Source of the DNA: Proteromonas lacertae
Lineage: Eukaryota
DNA: 23,314 nt
Assembly (NCBI GenBank): GCA_002245135.1
Contig: NGBS01001188.1
Location: forward strand, 62,001 to 85,314
Reading direction: 5' to 3'
Both the position numbers and the translations under genes were made by a program. Each line of letters starts with the position of its first letter. The first letter of the stretch is position 1. The notes beneath the pieces are model-generated. The model worked only from the letters and a program-made list of their open reading frames with translations, was not told the origin of the DNA and made no database searches. This document shows positions 20,800 through 23,314 of this stretch, piece after piece.

Positions 20800-21588
20800 T
20801 TCTACTATTACAATATTTCATATAAATAAATTGAGTCTTCTTTCACTGTGTTCTTATCATTAATATTATTTATTCAAACAATATGCAACATATAACACAC
20901 AATGGTTCACCATTTCCACAACATAATCGATTGTTATATCAAATTAATTATACGTTACATATTAACAACACCTTTTAACACTATTACTAAGTACTTATTC
21001 ATTCATATAAATCATTTACACAAACATCTCATATCACATATAATTCATCATTTTATATCTCTTTCATTGGTTTCTCACACTCTTACTATTCTTTTCTTTC
21101 TAACAGTCTAATATATACATGCTCATATCATTTCATTCAACATTCTATTATTATATACATCAAAAACTACATACACTTATTTTCATTATTCAATACATTG
21201 AAAATCAGAAAATTCTAAAAATTTCATCAAGCCTAATGATTATTCAAACCCAATAAACAAAGAAATGCTATTTTTGTGATTACTATGAAGTATAATGGTG
21301 AAATGATGTGTATTTCGATGATGATGATAATGATGAAATATAATGTTTTAATGGTTTATTGTAGTATAGTGATTCAAAAATTCTATATAAGTTGTTTTTG
21401 AATAGTTTAAAAGCTGTGTATGATGATAATATGATAAAATGAATATGATGTGAGTGTGAATGTGATGAATATATGATTGTGTAGAGTAATAAAAGTGAAA
21501 ATAAAAATATATTCGAGAAAATTCTGAGAAAAGAATCAAGCCAAATATATTTTAAGAATATTTTATTTATAAAAATCAAGATGAATAG

Positions 21589-22515
21589 TGTTTTGAAGTT
21601 GCTTTGTTAAATAAAACAAAAAGTCGAAGTTTAGTGTATTTTCAACATCCAAGTGGTGGAATGGGGAATAAATTACGAACTCTTGTAGGAGTAACATTTT
21701 TGTCAATGATGAGTGATAGAGCAATATTGTTACAGAATTGGAACACTTTTGATTCATATTTCTCCACTCCATTATCAACAATTCATGTTCGTAGTGTTAT
21801 TAATGGTGGCAGAAGATATTTTGATTATATAACCTGTTTTAATGAAAATCAATTGAAAGAAATATCCACAATAAATGATGATAATTTGAAATTTTTAACA
21901 TGTTGTGATTTGACTGAATCATTTATAAAATATGGTAATTTTGGTAATAAACTCAAGAATTCTGGATTAATAACTGAAAGATAAAAAAATATTATTGATA
22001 AACAAGCAACTGAAATAAGACATTTCTTATATAAATTCTTCTTCAAACCATCAAAATTTGTCGAAAATGAAATAATGAAAATAACAAATAAGTTGTCAAA
22101 GAATAAATTATTGATAGGATTTCATTTTAGAACAAATCACAAAGGATGGAATGATAGAGGAGTGACATTTTTAAATAATCAACAAATAGAAAAAGAAGCA
22201 ATTCAAAATGCCACAAAAATATCAAAGAAATTAAAAATGTAGAATGGTATATTTCAAGTGATGATAATGAGATATTAATGAAATATAAATCAAAATATCC
22301 TGAATATGTTGTTAATGATATTCATGAGATAGTTCATTCCAGAGGATCTGCTTCAAGAGTAACAGATGGATTTATATATTCTGTTGTTGAAGTTCATATA
22401 TTATCAGAATGTAAAATATTGAATTGCTTATTATAAATCTAAATTATCAATATATGAATTTTTAGATAAGAAAGATATTATTTGTAAAGAATGTAGAATT
22501 ATATGCAGGTGTTAA
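21589..22515 (+). pseudogene. GDP-fucose-dependent fucosyltransferase-like pseudogene (GT-B; GT11/23/37-like motifs)
   Basis: Motifs: GGMGNKLRTL..SDR, FFFKPS, LIGFHFRT (motif I), WYISSDD (motif II), EVHILSECK (start of motif III). Lesions: in-frame TAA at 21982-21984, a 1-nt deletion at ~22233, loss of the S-T-F part of motif III, and no N-terminal anchor. Confidence 0.8.
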
Positions 22516-22638
22516 ATATAAAACTGTCTTAGCTGCAGCTAAACCTGCATTCTAATTTAATTAATTAAATTTCTTTTAAAGAAAAATATAGTTCAAGCAT
22601 TGGGTTAAAATACAATAAATAATATTATCTAATAACAC

Positions 22639-23314
22639 TTAATCCATAAAATACATTCTTTTAAATACATGTAATTTTATTTTATTGTTAATCAGAGTTA
22701 CTTCTAAATTTTTCCCAGTCAATATATTATAAATTTTTCTGTCATACTGATGGACAAGGCAAGGCCTTTTGCCATCTTTGTTATACACATACATATCAGA
22801 ATGAGGAAAGAATGAATTATCAGGCCTATGTAAAAAATCAACAGCTAAAGTTAATGCAAAACCATATCCATTTCTATTCATCATAATTGGTATATGTGTT
22901 AAATTTTGTGTATAGAAAATATAATTTAATGTGCCTTGTTCTGAAGTTATTTTAAAATCATCTTTTAAAAATTGATTATATAACTCTATAAAAGTGTAGA
23001 AATACTCTTTCTCACCTAATATTGTACCTGAGTTTAATATTCTACAATTATAGACATGACTAGCATAATCATAAAAATCAACCAAGGACGATCAAATGGA
23101 TCAACACCTATACAATAATTAGCATCTGTTTCTTCTACTAAATACAAATATGGTTGAATATTCAAGCAAAAGGATTTAGCTGAAACATTATATCTCTACA
23201 GTCTACATATAATATATGAGAAAATAAACTTCTGTATTGTTTTAAGAAACAATATAGAAGAGATATCGATATACTACCCATTTGTATTGCAAGTATTCTC
23301 TATTAGGAATCATA
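22639..23314 (-). pseudogene. GT-A-fold glycosyltransferase-like pseudogene (5' end outside the window)
   Basis: Across three frameshifts it reads YRYLFY / FLKQY..HILYVDCRDIMFQLNPF / LYLVEE..PW / ILNSGTILG..EQGTLNYIFY..PCLVHQYDR. This is the DxRD...QG.NY...HQYDR pattern. Confidence 0.72.

Larger units (their letters stand above)
12817..21586. repeat. Tandem segmental duplication: unit 1 12817-16956 (4140 bp), unit 2 16957-20954 (3998 bp), partial unit 3 20955-21586
   Basis: Near-identical sequence and identical ORFs occur at offsets 4140, 4036 and 3998. Units 1 and 2 differ by a net 104-bp indel, a 39-bp deletion, a 1-bp insertion and a few SNPs. Confidence 0.97.

Noticed and set aside
22506..22555. 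Short coding-like tail AGVKYKTVLAAAKPAF* with palindrome TAGCTGCAGCTA at the repeat breakpoint
   Set aside because: It is too short to assign and may be the 3' end of an unrelated captured gene.
1..23314. CRISPR array, tRNA or prokaryotic operon
   Set aside because: No regularly spaced repeats or cloverleafs were seen, and spliceosomal introns show the DNA is eukaryotic.

Overview
This is very AT-rich eukaryotic DNA with tiny GTAT...TAG introns (24-50 nt), a TGTTTGTT motif after a gene end, and Ig-like surface-protein remnants. A Blastocystis-like stramenopile is inferred. From left to right the window holds: (1) the 3' end of an acetyl-CoA carboxylase; (2) a 1.1-kb non-autonomous hAT transposon with TIRs and an 8-bp TSD, plus a second orphan hAT end; (3) a ~1198-aa two-exon gene with two SPRY-like repeats and two tandem Crinkler/RHS-type P-loop NTPase domains; (4) an 11-exon CTR9 gene with two inserted mini-domains and one junction that breaks frame; (5) a solitary 5S rRNA gene; (6) a stop-riddled Ig-like membrane protein pseudogene; (7) a ~4-kb tandem duplication carrying bacterial-type acyltransferase-3/SGNH O-acetyltransferase pseudogenes abutting fucosyltransferase fragments; (8) fucosyltransferase and GT-A glycosyltransferase pseudogenes. 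A bipartite motif, TTGGCTTGAT-N4-TTCTAGAA, recurs just upstream of unrelated ATGs. All family assignments come from motif recognition by eye; no searches were run.
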